This document shows positions 51,777 through 64,000 of a stretch of DNA of 64,000 nt, piece after piece. A model generated the notes under the pieces. It was not told the origin of the DNA. It saw only the letters and a list, made by a program, of their open reading frames with translations, and did no database searches. Positions within the stretch are counted from its first letter, which is position 1. The number at the start of each line of letters is the position of its first letter. Position numbers and translations under genes: made by a program. Source of the stretch: Marsupella aquatica (taxonomy: Eukaryota; Plantae; Marchantiophyta); the NCBI GenBank assembly GCA_973895155.1, contig OZ316896.1, positions 16,657,752-16,721,751 on the forward strand. Reading direction: 5' to 3'.

Positions 51777-53718
51777 AAAAAGTACTCCGCCGTTTAGGCA
51801 CAAGGCGTTTGCGTCGCATCCACCGGCGATCAAGAGTCGCCTGCTCCTAAACGACCCTGGCGACTGGCAATAGGCAGTAGGGATTATCCTGTTTACAGGC
51901 TACAGCCAGTCCAGTTTGTCTTCGTTTCTGCATGTGAGGACCGGACCACCGGACGACTGGCTGGAGGCGGTCGGACTGCCGAAGTCCGGTAGTGCTGGGG
52001 AACGAGACGAGTGAATGCATGGGTGAAAGAAAAGAAGGTACGAGAAGAAGAGACGAGAGAGCAGATTCAGTCGAAAGCTCGCGAGGAAGAGAGTCACTGG
52101 ATGTCTGAGCTCATTCGAAGTCGTTCTTCTCGAGAATCGTTCGTCGTCGCGGAAATTTCAGGTGAGTCTCGATCGAGCCACTGTACTGTGTTTGATTGCG
52201 AGTCAATTCGTGTTGTTCGTGGAGATGACTGTCTTCGTACCTTTTGTCTGGTCTTTCTCTGGTCTTTCTCTGTTTCTTCGGAGCTGCATTCTCGATTTTT
52301 GGAGAAAGATTGCTGTAATCGATGTTTGGTTTCGTGTTCCTGGGCTCCCTCCCTCCGTCCCTCCGCGCCGAAACTGACCAAACGCGCCACACATTCGAGG
52401 ATTGAGCCAACCTTTGAGCTTTGTGTTCGGTTTTTTTTCTTTCGTTTTTGGTGGCGGGGTAGGTGAGACGCTTGGTTCTGGTCCAAGACGAGAAACTTTG
52501 TGGTGTGGCAATTGCGGAGAGTAAAATTAAGTTGGCTAGTCAGACGAATTCTCTGGTTATTACACTATCGCGAGGTTGGGGGAGCCTCGGTCGGTTTTGT
52601 TTCAGGATGTAATTTGAGGGACTTAAGATTTTCTTGCGCCTTTTGATGGCATTAATGCCGAACTAGACCGCCAGTGTTGTGTGTTACAGTGATTTTTCAC
52701 TAGGAATGCGTCGTGGACGGTTTGGTCTCCTGCATGCAATATCTTGTAGGAGCAAATGCGTTTTACGCACGCTTTACAGTTGTCATACTCCCCTCGCTAT
52801 TCTTCTGAATGCTGTCGGGAGGTTCTAACTTTTATTCGGCTCTCGTTCTAGATTGCCTAATGAGCTGCTTCCAAAAGAGAGATGATGCTTTCACGGATAT
52901 GTTTTGCATGGTGATTCTTTTCTGATTTGGATTGATATTTTCTCCGTAATTAACATCTTCCAAAGCGGGATGATGGTTTGGTGGACATGCTTTTCTTTGT
53001 GATTCATTTTCTGATTTTTGATGTTTGGGTAAGCTATCCTGGTAAGGTTGCTGCTGAGGCTCGCGGTACCTGGCTCGTGATCGACCACTTGTACTACACG
53101 AGATTGTGTCGTTTGCACCCGTTTTGGATTGTACTCGCCTGGATGTGTTGATGTGACTTGATGTCATGGTAACCTGTGTCTTGAGTTAATGTGTATAACT
53201 GCATGTTGGTATTTTCTTGGCTACTGCTGCAATTCTTGGAGATCAGTCGTTTCTACTATGCGCTTCAGCTCACCAAATGTTAAGTCACTTTTTTGAGCTT
53301 TATCATCCTGTAAATAATACTAAAAGGCTTTCCTGACATTTTGGTTTGTGGCTTTCACTAATTCTTGTTACCCGCATGAACAGCTGAGCCGTTTCAGTTG
53401 AAGTAGTGGAGTGCGGTCCTAATTTTCGTTGGAGTTGTGGAGCTCGTCCTAATTCTTGTTTTTTCTTCCTAGAATGAGGACTTGTGACTGTGTTTTTGTC
53501 ATCCTAGCCATGAGTCTCTCAGCAGAGGTAGATCCAATCAATATGGCCTGCGTAACATAAGCCGGAACTCTGTCTTTCGGGTCCCTTCAGTTTCCTATAT
53601 TTGCCAATCAACGTGGTTTCTAGGACAGGTATCTTCTATTATGTTCCATGTCGCGAGTGCTTAGAACCTTGTCTTTGGTCCTAAAATTTGTGCTCTTGTC
53701 ATTTAATCTTTGTGCAGA

Positions 53719-56700
53719 ATGGCATCGTCTGCTCTCCTTGGCAATTTGGGGCAATTGTCCCCCTGTACAACCTTGAACGTCCGAGAGAAACCCAATTTGA
53801 CGACAAAAAGTTCTGGCCATCTAGAAGGCAACCGAGTACTCCATCAACGAAGACAATGCCTCACCTTGGGATCTCAGGTATGTGCAGGCCTCTCATATGG
53901 TTTGCTCTTATCAGAGGGATTATGCATTCCTTGCCAACAAGTTGAAAGTTAGTCGTAAAATTAGATTATCTGCCGCGGTTCCCCTCTAGTCCTTGGTACA
54001 ACTTGTCTTCAAATTATTGTTTTTCATTGTAGAAATCTGAGTTTGATTTGAATTTTGTAGAGTTTACCTCCATTACATTGGGCGGAATTCGACTTATGGA
54101 CTACATGCATGCCAATAACCCATCCGTGCGCCATGCTCCCAGATCTGGGGAAGCACCATGAAGGAGGTGACTCGAGCGAGCTCACGCTTCCGTAAGCTCC
54201 ATTCATGGAAGCTGAGAGCAGAGCTAACAGAGGAGGAAGAGAAGAAAAACCGGTCTTCAAATACGGTGGTCGAGAAGCCAAAGGAGACAAGCGAAGATGG
54301 GCAGCCTCCCGCAGCAGCTGACAAGAAGCAGGAGTTGGACTGGAAGAAAGACGAGGATGTGAAGAGATACCTGTCCAATCCATCCATTGAGACGCTCCTG
54401 AAGGTGGAGGCCAAACGAGCGGAGCAACGGCTGAAAGAACTGGAGACACAGGAGCAAGGAAATTTTTTTAACAAATTGTTCGCAGATTTCAGGAGAAACA
54501 CCTTGAAGAGAGAAAAGGAGAGGCTAGACAAGGCTCAGCAGACCTTTAAGGCCTTGGATTTGAACGAGGTATGCAAATCCTCCTTATTTGTTTGCGTCCC
54601 CTCTTTTGCACGTTGTTCAAATTGCTTGATCGTCGGCAGTCAAAATCAATAAATTGTCATTGCTAGGGTCTCTGTACTTTCACCATTCATGTGAATAGGC
54701 CAATACAGCAGTACATCATCAGAGAACAAAAGCGTGCAAGGATCTTGCTCACGACTTTTTCACCAGGAAAGAAGTAAAACTTCCAAACGAGAGAAATTCA
54801 TGTGTCACAGAACAGCACATAGGATACTGAAACTTTCTGAACCTGAAACAAATACTCATTTGTTTGAACTCCAGAGATAGAGAAAGAGTTGTTTGGAGTC
54901 TCTTTTGGCAAAGTACAAAGGTAGAAAGAGGCAATTACAAAGAGTGAAAGATTGTGTGCATGCCTTGCTTTCTCGATTACAGTACTTCGCGGTTTGGCTG
55001 GGCCATTGATGTGTACATGATTTGTTCAGCTGAAGAAATGCTTCGGTTATGACACATTCTACGCGACGGAAGTCCGTCGGTTTGGGGACGGAGGGATCTT
55101 CATAGGCAACATCCGGAGGCCACTGGAGGAAGTGAAGGGAAAGCTGGAGTCCAAGCTCGCGCAGGCTGCGGGAATGGAGGTGGACGTCTGGTTTCTGGAG
55201 GAGACGTCTCCCGACGGCGAGAAGAAGCAGGTCGGTTGAATTGGGTTGAGTTGACTTTGATTGGGTTGCGAACTGCATGGTTTTTCGTTCAGTGAATTGG
55301 ATCCAGGTGTGCCTTTCGCGGGTTATATTGCTCTGCTTGGTTTGCCCAGGGGTTGTAGATGCGCCAGAAATACTTGGGCAAAGCAGAGGAAAAAAGAACG
55401 CTAATCGATTGCTATAGTGAATGGATGCAATTGAAAGGCTATGGCAAAGGGACATAAAGTACGAAGTCAAATGACGTGAGAATGAAAACATACATTTGGA
55501 ATATAAGTATGACTGGCATTAGGTTGAATAGAATAAGTAACGAACAATTAGAAAAAGATAGTAGGAACGATATGATGTGCGCATTCTAACTAATTTGGAG
55601 TACGGATTAGTCGTTAATAAATGCACGTATTAGCTGATGAATGATGCTGATACAGCTATTCAATGTCTGAGGCAAACTTTACTTAAACTCGAAAGAATTT
55701 GAGTAATATTATGAGCCTGAAAAAACATGGGATTAGTAGACAGTAGATACAAATTATGGATCTTTCAATCCACAGTCTTGTCATTGTGTTCTCAAGTGGG
55801 TCCTGAGCAATAATCCCTCCTACTGCATGGCGCTTATAGCCTTGGTGTGTGATTCCAGGACATTTGGAATTTTTCGTCTATTGTCAACAATTTGACAACT
55901 TATTCGGTGGGAAAGCTTACATTCCCAAACCACTGTCTTGATGATGTATGCAGGTCTGTGTGGTTCAACCAAAAGCAGAAATAGACCTGCAATTCAATGT
56001 TGAGAAGCTCAGCAACGTATACGGATATGTGGTCTCTCTCCTCTTGGGTGTCACCACTGTTGGGACAATTGCTCTTATGAGCGGTTTTTTCTTGGAACCT
56101 GGAGCAACATTCGATGACTATGTTGCACGGGTTTTGCCCCTTTTCGGAGGATTTCTTACTATCCTCGTTACTTCTGAGGTAACTTAAGAGCAGCTCCCAA
56201 ATTAATGTACTCCCCACATTTGCTGCTGCTCTTATTGTTGTACTAGCTACAGGTGATCTGTCAGCTTCAAATTTCTGGCTTTCCTGCATCGATCACGTAA
56301 GTATTTGTGTAATGCTCATGGCAGGTCGCTACAAGGTTGACAGCCGCCAAATATGGAGTGACGCTGAGCCCAACCTTTCTTATCCCCTCAACCTGGACAG
56401 GATGCTTAGGTGCGGTGAACAACATTGAGTCGTTGCTTCCAACGAAGAAAGCACTATTCGACATTGCTGCTGCCAGGGTAACCAGTGCTTACTTGGCGTC
56501 TGGATTGCTGGCCTTGGTGGCCTTCTACATTGATGGAAGCTTCAATGGTGGCGACAATGCATTGTATGCCTTCCCTCTTCTTCTTCCTCTGGTGGGCTGA
56601 TGTTCAACTTCACCGTCACCGAAAATCTGATCAGATGTGTGGTGCAGGACTGCTGTGCATTCTAGTTAAGGTACTCGGCAGGACCTTCTCTAATCTTGTG

Positions 56701-57470
56701 CACTGAATGATGTTACAGGGTCATCCGACCGCAGTTTTTCTACAACAATCCTCTCCTGTCATTCGTGCAGTATTGGATTGGACCCTACAGCGATGAGTTA
56801 GGCAACGTCCTCCCTCAAGCTGTTCCTGGCGTAGGAGTGCCAGTCGATCCTCTCGCCTTTGCCGGGATGCTTGGTGAGGATTTCTTCCAAGCAATTTCTG
56901 TACCTACCCAACTGCATGTCTTTTTCACTTGTGTAGGGCAGTGATCCAGCAAGTTTGTGAACATGTGGTTATTGAATCCATATAACGTGTTTTACAAGAT
57001 GGATATCCGACTGGGCCATAAATTTTGTTCCATTGTCGTTAGATTTTTGTCCTCTGGATATCTACGATTTCGCGTTCTGACCCGAAGAATGTACTTGCGA
57101 AAATGGGGATGCAGGAATAGTGATAACATCCTTGAATATGCTGCCATGTGGGAAGCTGGAGGGTGGACGCCTGACACAGGCACTGTTTGGCAGAAGCCTA
57201 GCGAGTCGTCTATCATTTTTCACTAGTCTGATTCTAGGATTTGGAGGGCTGTCGGGGAGTGTTGTAGCCCTGGTGTGGGCTTTTGTAGCCACATTCTTCC
57301 GACGAGGTGAGGAGCTTCCTGCCCAAGATGAGATCACACCATTAGGCCAAGAACGCTACATCTGGGGCTTTGCTCTGGCCTTCATTTGCGTGTTGAGCCT
57401 ATTTCCCAATAGCGCTGGAACCTTCCCCAGCCCTCTGTACACTCCTCCTTTCTTCCGTGGCGATTTCTGA
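53719..57470 (+). CDS. EGY3: EGY3-like chloroplast M50/S2P family pseudoprotease, 586 aa. Exons 53719-53877, 54143-54568, 55030-55230, 55954-56178, 56325-56563, 56719-56873, 57115-57470
   Basis: NPSIE, LKKCFGYDTFYATEVRRFGDGGIFIGNIRRP, KQVCVVQPKAEIDLQF, IRPQFFYNNPLLSFVQY, VDPLAFAGMLG and SLNMLPCGKLEGGR. HExxH is absent (TSEVAT), and the N-terminus is transit-peptide-like. All splices are GT-AG and in phase. Confidence 0.93.
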
Positions 57471-58611
57471 GAGCCTCCAGGACTGTAATATGTTGTACAA
57501 TGCTCATGTTAAAAATACTTCGCAGCGCTCAAGGGCATGATTTTTTAGAATTGATCAGAGCTTTAGTTGACCGTCTATATTTCATGAAGAGGTTTCCCCA
57601 GTTTGTAATGGCAAACGGAAATTTTTGTACTTGTTTTGAAGAATTGTCTGAAACAATCAATGCTTTCTCTGGGAGGAGAGAAAATGGGAAATGGAAAAAG
57701 GTAATTGGACTGCTTAAGAGCGCAACAGTGACAAACCCAGGGCCATGAAAACTTGGTTTTATTTACCCATTTTCCTAATGGGAAAGCCAGTTTCTCAGAT
57801 CCCATTGAAATCTTTCTTTGGGTTGTAAATCAGACACTCAGGTAGACCAATGACAATTTCCAATGTGAAAAACACAGACTACTTAGAGTACTCTTGTCTC
57901 AGATATCCCCCAAGTCCAAGAATCTTGACTACCATGTAAACATACTCTCTTGCAGCACCATGACTACCTTGTAAACCTACTCTCTGTCAACGGAGTTATA
58001 ACTCTGACTAAAAGCACATAATATAAGGGATCATAATTCTATAATCCTCTCTTGTCTCAAGGTCTCTAACTCATGATTGAGGGCTTTGATTGCTGAACTA
58101 GTTGCAGAACTACTGTCTGTCCAAGCTAGGGATTTAGGGGCCAAGAACAGAGTCTGATCTGGGGATGGCAGATCCTCCATAAGCATACACAACGGGAGTA
58201 AGATTGGGTCACCCTTGCCCATGAGTGACTACACGAACAAATGTTCACTAGGAATAGCTGCAATGCTACTGTCATCAAAAATCAAATGCTGTCTTATGCC
58301 ATAAGTACGACAGTGTAAGGGCGTCTGACTTGAGATGCACCCTGGTGTGGGTGGTCTAGAGTCAGAAGCCAACCTCTGGTGCACGCAACACACACAATGC
58401 CACAAGGGGATGAGGTCCTAATCTATCTCACACCACTTCAAGCATCTCTCATCTCATCTTGGCTTGTGGGAGTGACTGGTAAATTTGATCACTTTGGGAA
58501 TTTCTCCGCTCAACCAGGACCCTTCTGGTTTCTAAGCTACCAATATTCTCGCTAAGATTTGCATCCCCTTCATCATTTGAGGAGCCCTTGGGGTCTGGTC
58601 TTCTTGCTCCT

Positions 58612-58915
58612 GCATTCACATAACCAAAAATAAAAGCACTTCTAATCCACTTTTGACATCACATTTCACCTATAGTTCAAAACTGCTATAGAGTACCCAT
58701 ATGAAACAAAGAATCCTTTAAAATAAAATTTGTTACAAAACCTGAACAGTTAGAGTGCAAATACTTGATAAATATGGGAACATTCCTCTTTCTCCTGCAT
58801 TCACATTATTTACCAAAATTGAAAGTACTTAGAATCCACTTTTGACAACAAAGAGTCCTTTATAATAAACTTTATTACAAAACCCCAACATTTAGAGTAA
58901 AATACTTGGTAGAAA
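58612..58915. repeat. Degenerate ~185-bp tandem duplication
   Basis: CCTGCATTCACAT...AATCCACTTTTGACA...TTACAAAACC...AAATACTTG occurs twice. Confidence 0.7.
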
Positions 58916-61529
58916 TGGAAGTTGACTACTTCCTATTCCTCTCAAGCAACTGACTACACATTACAGATGGCATTGTGGATGGGACTCTGTTGACAGTTCC
59001 TTGAGGAACCCTAGCATCGAAAGTCTCTAAACCCCATCACTTAGTGCTCTGTTGGAAAGCTGTGGATGCTTTTGCTTCTGCCAGAGGGTTCTCCATTGTG
59101 CTTGAATGTGGGTCATCTCGTCAGCTTCCTTTCCTCCATGTTGATTCCACCTGACCAGAACACAATCATGATTCATGAGGTACATTTTTCCTTGACATGC
59201 AATGGGCCCTCTGTCAGTAGACACTCTCATGACTTCCTATCCCAAAACGTGATCCCTACATTATATGTGCAAATTTGACTTTGCTATGAATGACACTTCT
59301 TGATATTTGCTCCTATAGAGGGTCTGCCTTTCTATACTTGTTTTTTGTGCAGCTCTGCCCTCTGCACTTCCAGAAACTGCAAAATGGTCAGAAAAGGGAA
59401 GAACAGGACACCTTGTGATTTATCCAGGGTGTGCATTCATGGAGTGTGCACTTGAGAGAGTGGTCACTGCATTGGTATATGGTACACTGACTCAATATAC
59501 CATCAGTGATAGATTTTATTTAGTAGCAAAAAATAGCTAGATTCCACCTCTCTAAAAACCTTTCGCCACTTTTGGCTAAAATTGGTGTTCTCTATCTTCA
59601 ATTAGCCAGTTTCTGACCTAGTCATAGGCCTCAGTAGCTAACATAAAACCGTCTTTCTTAGATCTACGGATCCGATGGTCAGAAAATTATAGAAATAGTA
59701 TTCCTAGAAAGTCTGCTCTTGCCCTCAAGGTGACGTTGGCCACATAGGTGAAAAAATGCAACAAACTGCTAAATTACATAAAGCGCCCAATGGGGAGACA
59801 TGATCCCACAAGCTAAAGACCCAAAGACCCAATGAAGGGGAGGCATCCAATGAGCCAAAATGCAACAGGTGAAAAACGAAAATCCTTGAAAATTAAGCCA
59901 ACCACTAGATTTGTAAGGAGTATGTATCAGCATCCTATAAAGAGAAGTAGGACCAGGCAATAGTGAGGTCAGCTACAGTAGCAGCGCTTTCTAATAATAA
60001 TAGCCTGATTACCCGTTCTTTCACACTCATGTTCAGTTATGCACAGCATCCTCACTTTAAGTTGTGATCTTATGTAAAGTTATGCTCTAGAGGCTTCACT
60101 CTAGACATTAGGCCCAAGAAGTAACTTTCATTGAACTTATTCACTGACTGGCATGACTACTCACTAGCCCGACTATCCATTCTTTGAACATGAATAGAAA
60201 TGAGTATAAAAAAGTGCCGACCCTCCATGACAGGGACTGACCAAATCTTATTCAAGTTTCTTCAAGTAACTGAAGAAGAGCTGGCCGTTTCACCAGAGCC
60301 CTCGACCCTCAATGACTGCAGCTGACCTCTTCACATGCAGCCTCCCTAATCCATGGAGTCTCTTCATATGCAGCCCCTACTCCACCGACTCTCTTCACAG
60401 GCCCGTTCACAGGCAGCCCAATTTTCAAATGTGATGCACTACTCCTGACATTACTCCACCCCATCCCCAATTTTCACCTTCACCCCTAATTTGATTATTG
60501 CCTTGTAAGTCCTTCAACATAAATAAAGACCAAGACAATAAAGAATAATCCAATAAAAATGATTATATATTATTTCTGGTTAATGTTTTTCCCATCTCTG
60601 TTTTTGTTCACTCAACTTTTTTATTTTGTCTATATTGAGAGTTACCGTCTAGGGGCTTCACTCTACACAATAGTTCTCACAAGTAGCTTTGCATTTTGCT
60701 TTATTAGCAATATTCTTTTGAACACAAATATCAGGTGAATACAAAAAAACCTTGCAAGGAAAAAATCTTTTTTATTCACCCCATACCCTCCACAAAATTA
60801 ACAGACCCAGGTTATGGTCTAGAGATTTCACTCTATACTAGGCCATAAAAGTACACCTTTCACTGTACTTAGTGTTATGCAAAATTTGACATAGTGAGCT
60901 GTCAGGTACATCCCACAACAAATATGTTTAATATACTTTTTTCTATGCAGAGGTTGTAAGGAGAGTTTTAAACAACGTCACCTTCCAAGAGGTTCTCACC
61001 ATAATATATACTTATCTCCGTGTCAACTTCGATGAGGATATCACCTTAACTAGAAATATCTCCTGCAGATTTGTAAGGAGTATTTTAAACAGCTGTCATC
61101 CAAGAGGTTCTCACCAACTTGTGAGATAATAATTACATTATAGTTATAATGATTGTTATGTATGAGTCTAGGAAGTAGCATAGTGCCATCTCGATTTGTG
61201 TAATGAATAAAAACATTATTAGAAATTTTGGGCCCGAAAATTTATTTTATATAGGTTGTAGACGTGGAATGCTTCGGTTGACATTCATTGCATTTAGGTT
61301 GTAGATGTGGAATGCATACAGTAGGTTGCCACGAGATTGTGGGTGAAAAGTGACCAATGTGATGGAAAGAAAAAAAAATCCAAAAGGAAAGACAAAAATA
61401 GTATATTGGAGCAAAAAGGTTCCCATGCAAACAGAAAAATATGCTGGAAGATGGAAGAAAATAAAATGGGAGGTAATTTCAATTAAAACTGGAATCTGGC
61501 CAAGATGGATAGTGGGAGTCCGGAGTGAC

Positions 61530-62340
61530 CCATATGCCCGTGAATATCATGAGCCGCCTGTCAAAAAAGCCCATCAAAGTGAGGATAAAGATGCCCATAT
61601 ATCTCAAGAGCAAGGGGAAGGAAGGTATCAAATGAAGCTCGAGCGACATATATTGCCTCCTTTGTTGTGGGCACTCGAGATGCCGCTGCCCCTGCTGTTG
61701 TCGCTGCTATGTCAATGATGTTCTGGCACAAAGGGTTCACTACCACAACATCGGCCAAAGTACGCCGACCATCATGGACCATGGTCAGATCAACCGGTAA
61801 TCATTGTGGTGGAGGACCAGGTAGCTCGAACACCACCTCTCACCACACGTGTACCAAAGACCTAGAGAGAACCTGAGGAGTAGCATCTCTCCCAACTTCA
61901 TGAATCATTCACTATGGTTTCACCTCCCACATTGCACCAAAGAAGATGAACCCCTATGCCCACCCCTATGACATCACAAGGCTTCCTACATGTGCAGGGA
62001 GTAGGTAAACCTACAATAAGAGAGTGGGGCTGCCCCAGACGAAGCCAAAAAGTGATCGATAACTCCTTTGAATACATCCGCAGATGAGGGGTGGCCGTAT
62101 TGGCCTGAAGCCACCCTCTTGTGCCTTTCCCTCCGAAAGAAAGAATCCAAGCTTGGTACCTTTCAGGTGCTTCGGCGAGGATGCTAGAGAGAATGAAAGT
62201 GTACACAAGGTCAGCCTGAAGACGGGTAGGGTTCAAGGCGGGCAGAGTTCAAGGATAAAAAGTCCTGAAAGGAAGGTAACGAGATGCATACAAGATCTGG
62301 TAGTGAGGACAATGCCTCTCGCAAATGAATCTGAAATGGG
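61530..62340 (-). pseudogene. Non-LTR retrotransposon relic with a restriction-like endonuclease (CRE/NeSL-like C-terminus)
   Basis: CTC...D..G..VHLLWC..GG zinc knuckle, then LADVVVVNP...KEAIY...FLPLALEIYG (PD-(D/E)xK-type RLE pattern). Frameshifted. Confidence 0.65.
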
Positions 62341-62979
62341 AGGGAAACCTCCTCACCTCCAAAAGAGATTAAAGTAAAGACATGAACCCAAAAATCCCAA
62401 GGGTATTATGCTCTCAATGAAAATAAACCCAAAACCACCTTGAGAAACAAGAAGTGTTGGTGAGAGAGTGTTGTTGTTATCTTCTCTTTTTGTCATATGT
62501 GCTTAGTGAGTTTAAAGTTAAGAATTAAACTAAGTGCTTTGATTTTTCTCTTTTGTCATGTAATGTAGGTTTGCACTCATTGCGCTTTCATTCCTTCCCT
62601 ATTCGCTTTTTATAGATTCTTTTCTTCTTGTCAACTAAAAGAATACTTTAGTGAGGATGTAGATTCATTGCCCTTTCATGTGTTTACTATGCACTCTTTA
62701 ATGAAATACTATTTTTCTACTTTTCAACAAAAAAGGTGATGTTTTAGTGCTTTCAGTTTAAGTCCACTTAATTTTCCCTCTCTTTGGCTCCACTCCAAGA
62801 ATAATTAAGATCAAGTTCAATTTTTTGGGTAATTTGTTTATTTGCGCGAAGTCAAATGGCAGTACGGTACTGCCCTTGAGGTCCCCAATACATTTCATCT
62901 CTTTGTACCATATATACTAGTACCTTTTGAGATGTATCAGGGCACCCATTCCGTAGTATATCTTTAGACGAGTATAAAG

Positions 62980-63320
62980 TAGTATCTTTGCACATATATC
63001 ACTCCAATCAATCTCACACTACCATAAACCCTTGAAAACTTTTGATTGTTGAGTTTTGTTCCCTCCATACATATACCTTTGAAAACATGCGTCTGAGTTA
63101 TAGTAGATTTGCACATATACCACTTCAATCAATCTCACACTACCATAAACCTTGAAACATGTCTGAGCTATATAGTCGTATCTTTACACAAATTCCACTT
63201 CAATCAATCTTACACTACCATAAACCCTTGAAAACTTTTAGTAGTAAGTTGAGTTTTGTTCTCGTTATTGAAATTTTTGGTTTAGTTCTGTTCCCTCTAT
63301 CCATAAACCCTTGAAAAGGT
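62980..63320. repeat. Degenerate tandem repeat x3-4
   Basis: CACTTCAATCAATCTCACACTACCATAAACCCTTGAAAA recurs at ~63000, 63121 and 63196, and partly at 63301. Confidence 0.8.
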
Positions 63321-64000
63321 GTGTGTCTGAGATCGTTTCTCCATCCAAGTTTGTAAACAGATCACTGGGAATGCTTTTGAGAGGGTGGGGTACGATGGAG
63401 GCAGTATGCTAGCCCACTGCTGGCGATACCTTTTAAGAGTTTACAAGCAGAAACAATCGCTACTATCTACGCATAGCAATAAGTGTCAATTTCAGATAGC
63501 GCAAAGAATTCACTTGGAATATGGATTGCTCCAAGAGAAAGGAGACATTTATTTCTGCAAGGAACGCATAGAATGTTGGTAAAATGTTTGGACAATTATC
63601 CAACTCCGACCGAAAATGAGCTCAACGATAGAGTGCATCTTAAAGGGTGCCAGGAGGAGGCAGCTGAGTCAAAGAGTATCACTGAAGAACACCTAGCCCC
63701 ACTCAGACAGAATGCCCAACTGGGAGTACTCTAAAAAATTGCTACACAACTCAGCATGCCGAGAGGATCATAGGGATCCAGACTGTAGGACACTAACTGA
63801 ACACCCCACCTTCTGCTGCCGATCAAACTAACAACTCAACAATCTAGGAGAGGACAACGAGTCTCCAGACTCGGATTGCTGACTACATTGCCCTTCTGCT
63901 GCTGCGAACTCCGCCCGGTGAGACGACACCGTCAAGGTCTAGCATAAAAACATTCAACTACCTTGCCCTTCCTTGGCTACTTAGCTAAATCAAAATACTT

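Noticed and set aside
51900-52511. Overlapping ORFs and possible heat-shock elements upstream of EGY3
   Set aside because: No domain motifs are present and the region is likely 5' UTR/promoter. The GAA/TTC spacing does not fit canonical nGAAnnTTCn arrays.
63385-64000. Short ORFs and a possible TE start near the window end
   Set aside because: There are no diagnostic motifs or paired termini within the window.

Overview
Eukaryotic, intron-containing land-plant genomic DNA; a non-seed plant such as a bryophyte is plausible, but that is inference. There are two host genes: a MEI2-like (AML) RRM gene on the minus strand that runs off the window start, and a complete 7-exon EGY3-like chloroplast M50 pseudoprotease (53719-57470). 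Between them lies ~45 kb rich in transposable elements. Two mobile elements each carry a DNA methyltransferase. (1) At ~11.6-18.8 kb, an intact 3-exon gene encoding a ParB-like domain fused to a beta-class N6A/N4C methyltransferase (953 aa when spliced) sits head-to-head with a Sola-like DDD transposase, and TCATGA palindromes cluster between them. (2) At 27835-37526, a young Ty3/Gypsy-type retroelement encodes Gag-PR-DNMT3-like C5-MTase-RT-RNaseH-DDE integrase-PHD. It lacks ordinary LTRs and instead has split direct repeats (A...B-gc-A-B), TG...CA ends, a 4-bp TSD, a PPT before B and a self-complementary primer site after A. This suggests integrase-mediated insertion from a circular intermediate cut at an att site inside the LTR. 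The window also holds solo and deleted LTRs with TSDs, MITEs, Helitron ends, LINE relics and microsatellites. All assignments come from motif reading only; no database searches were run.
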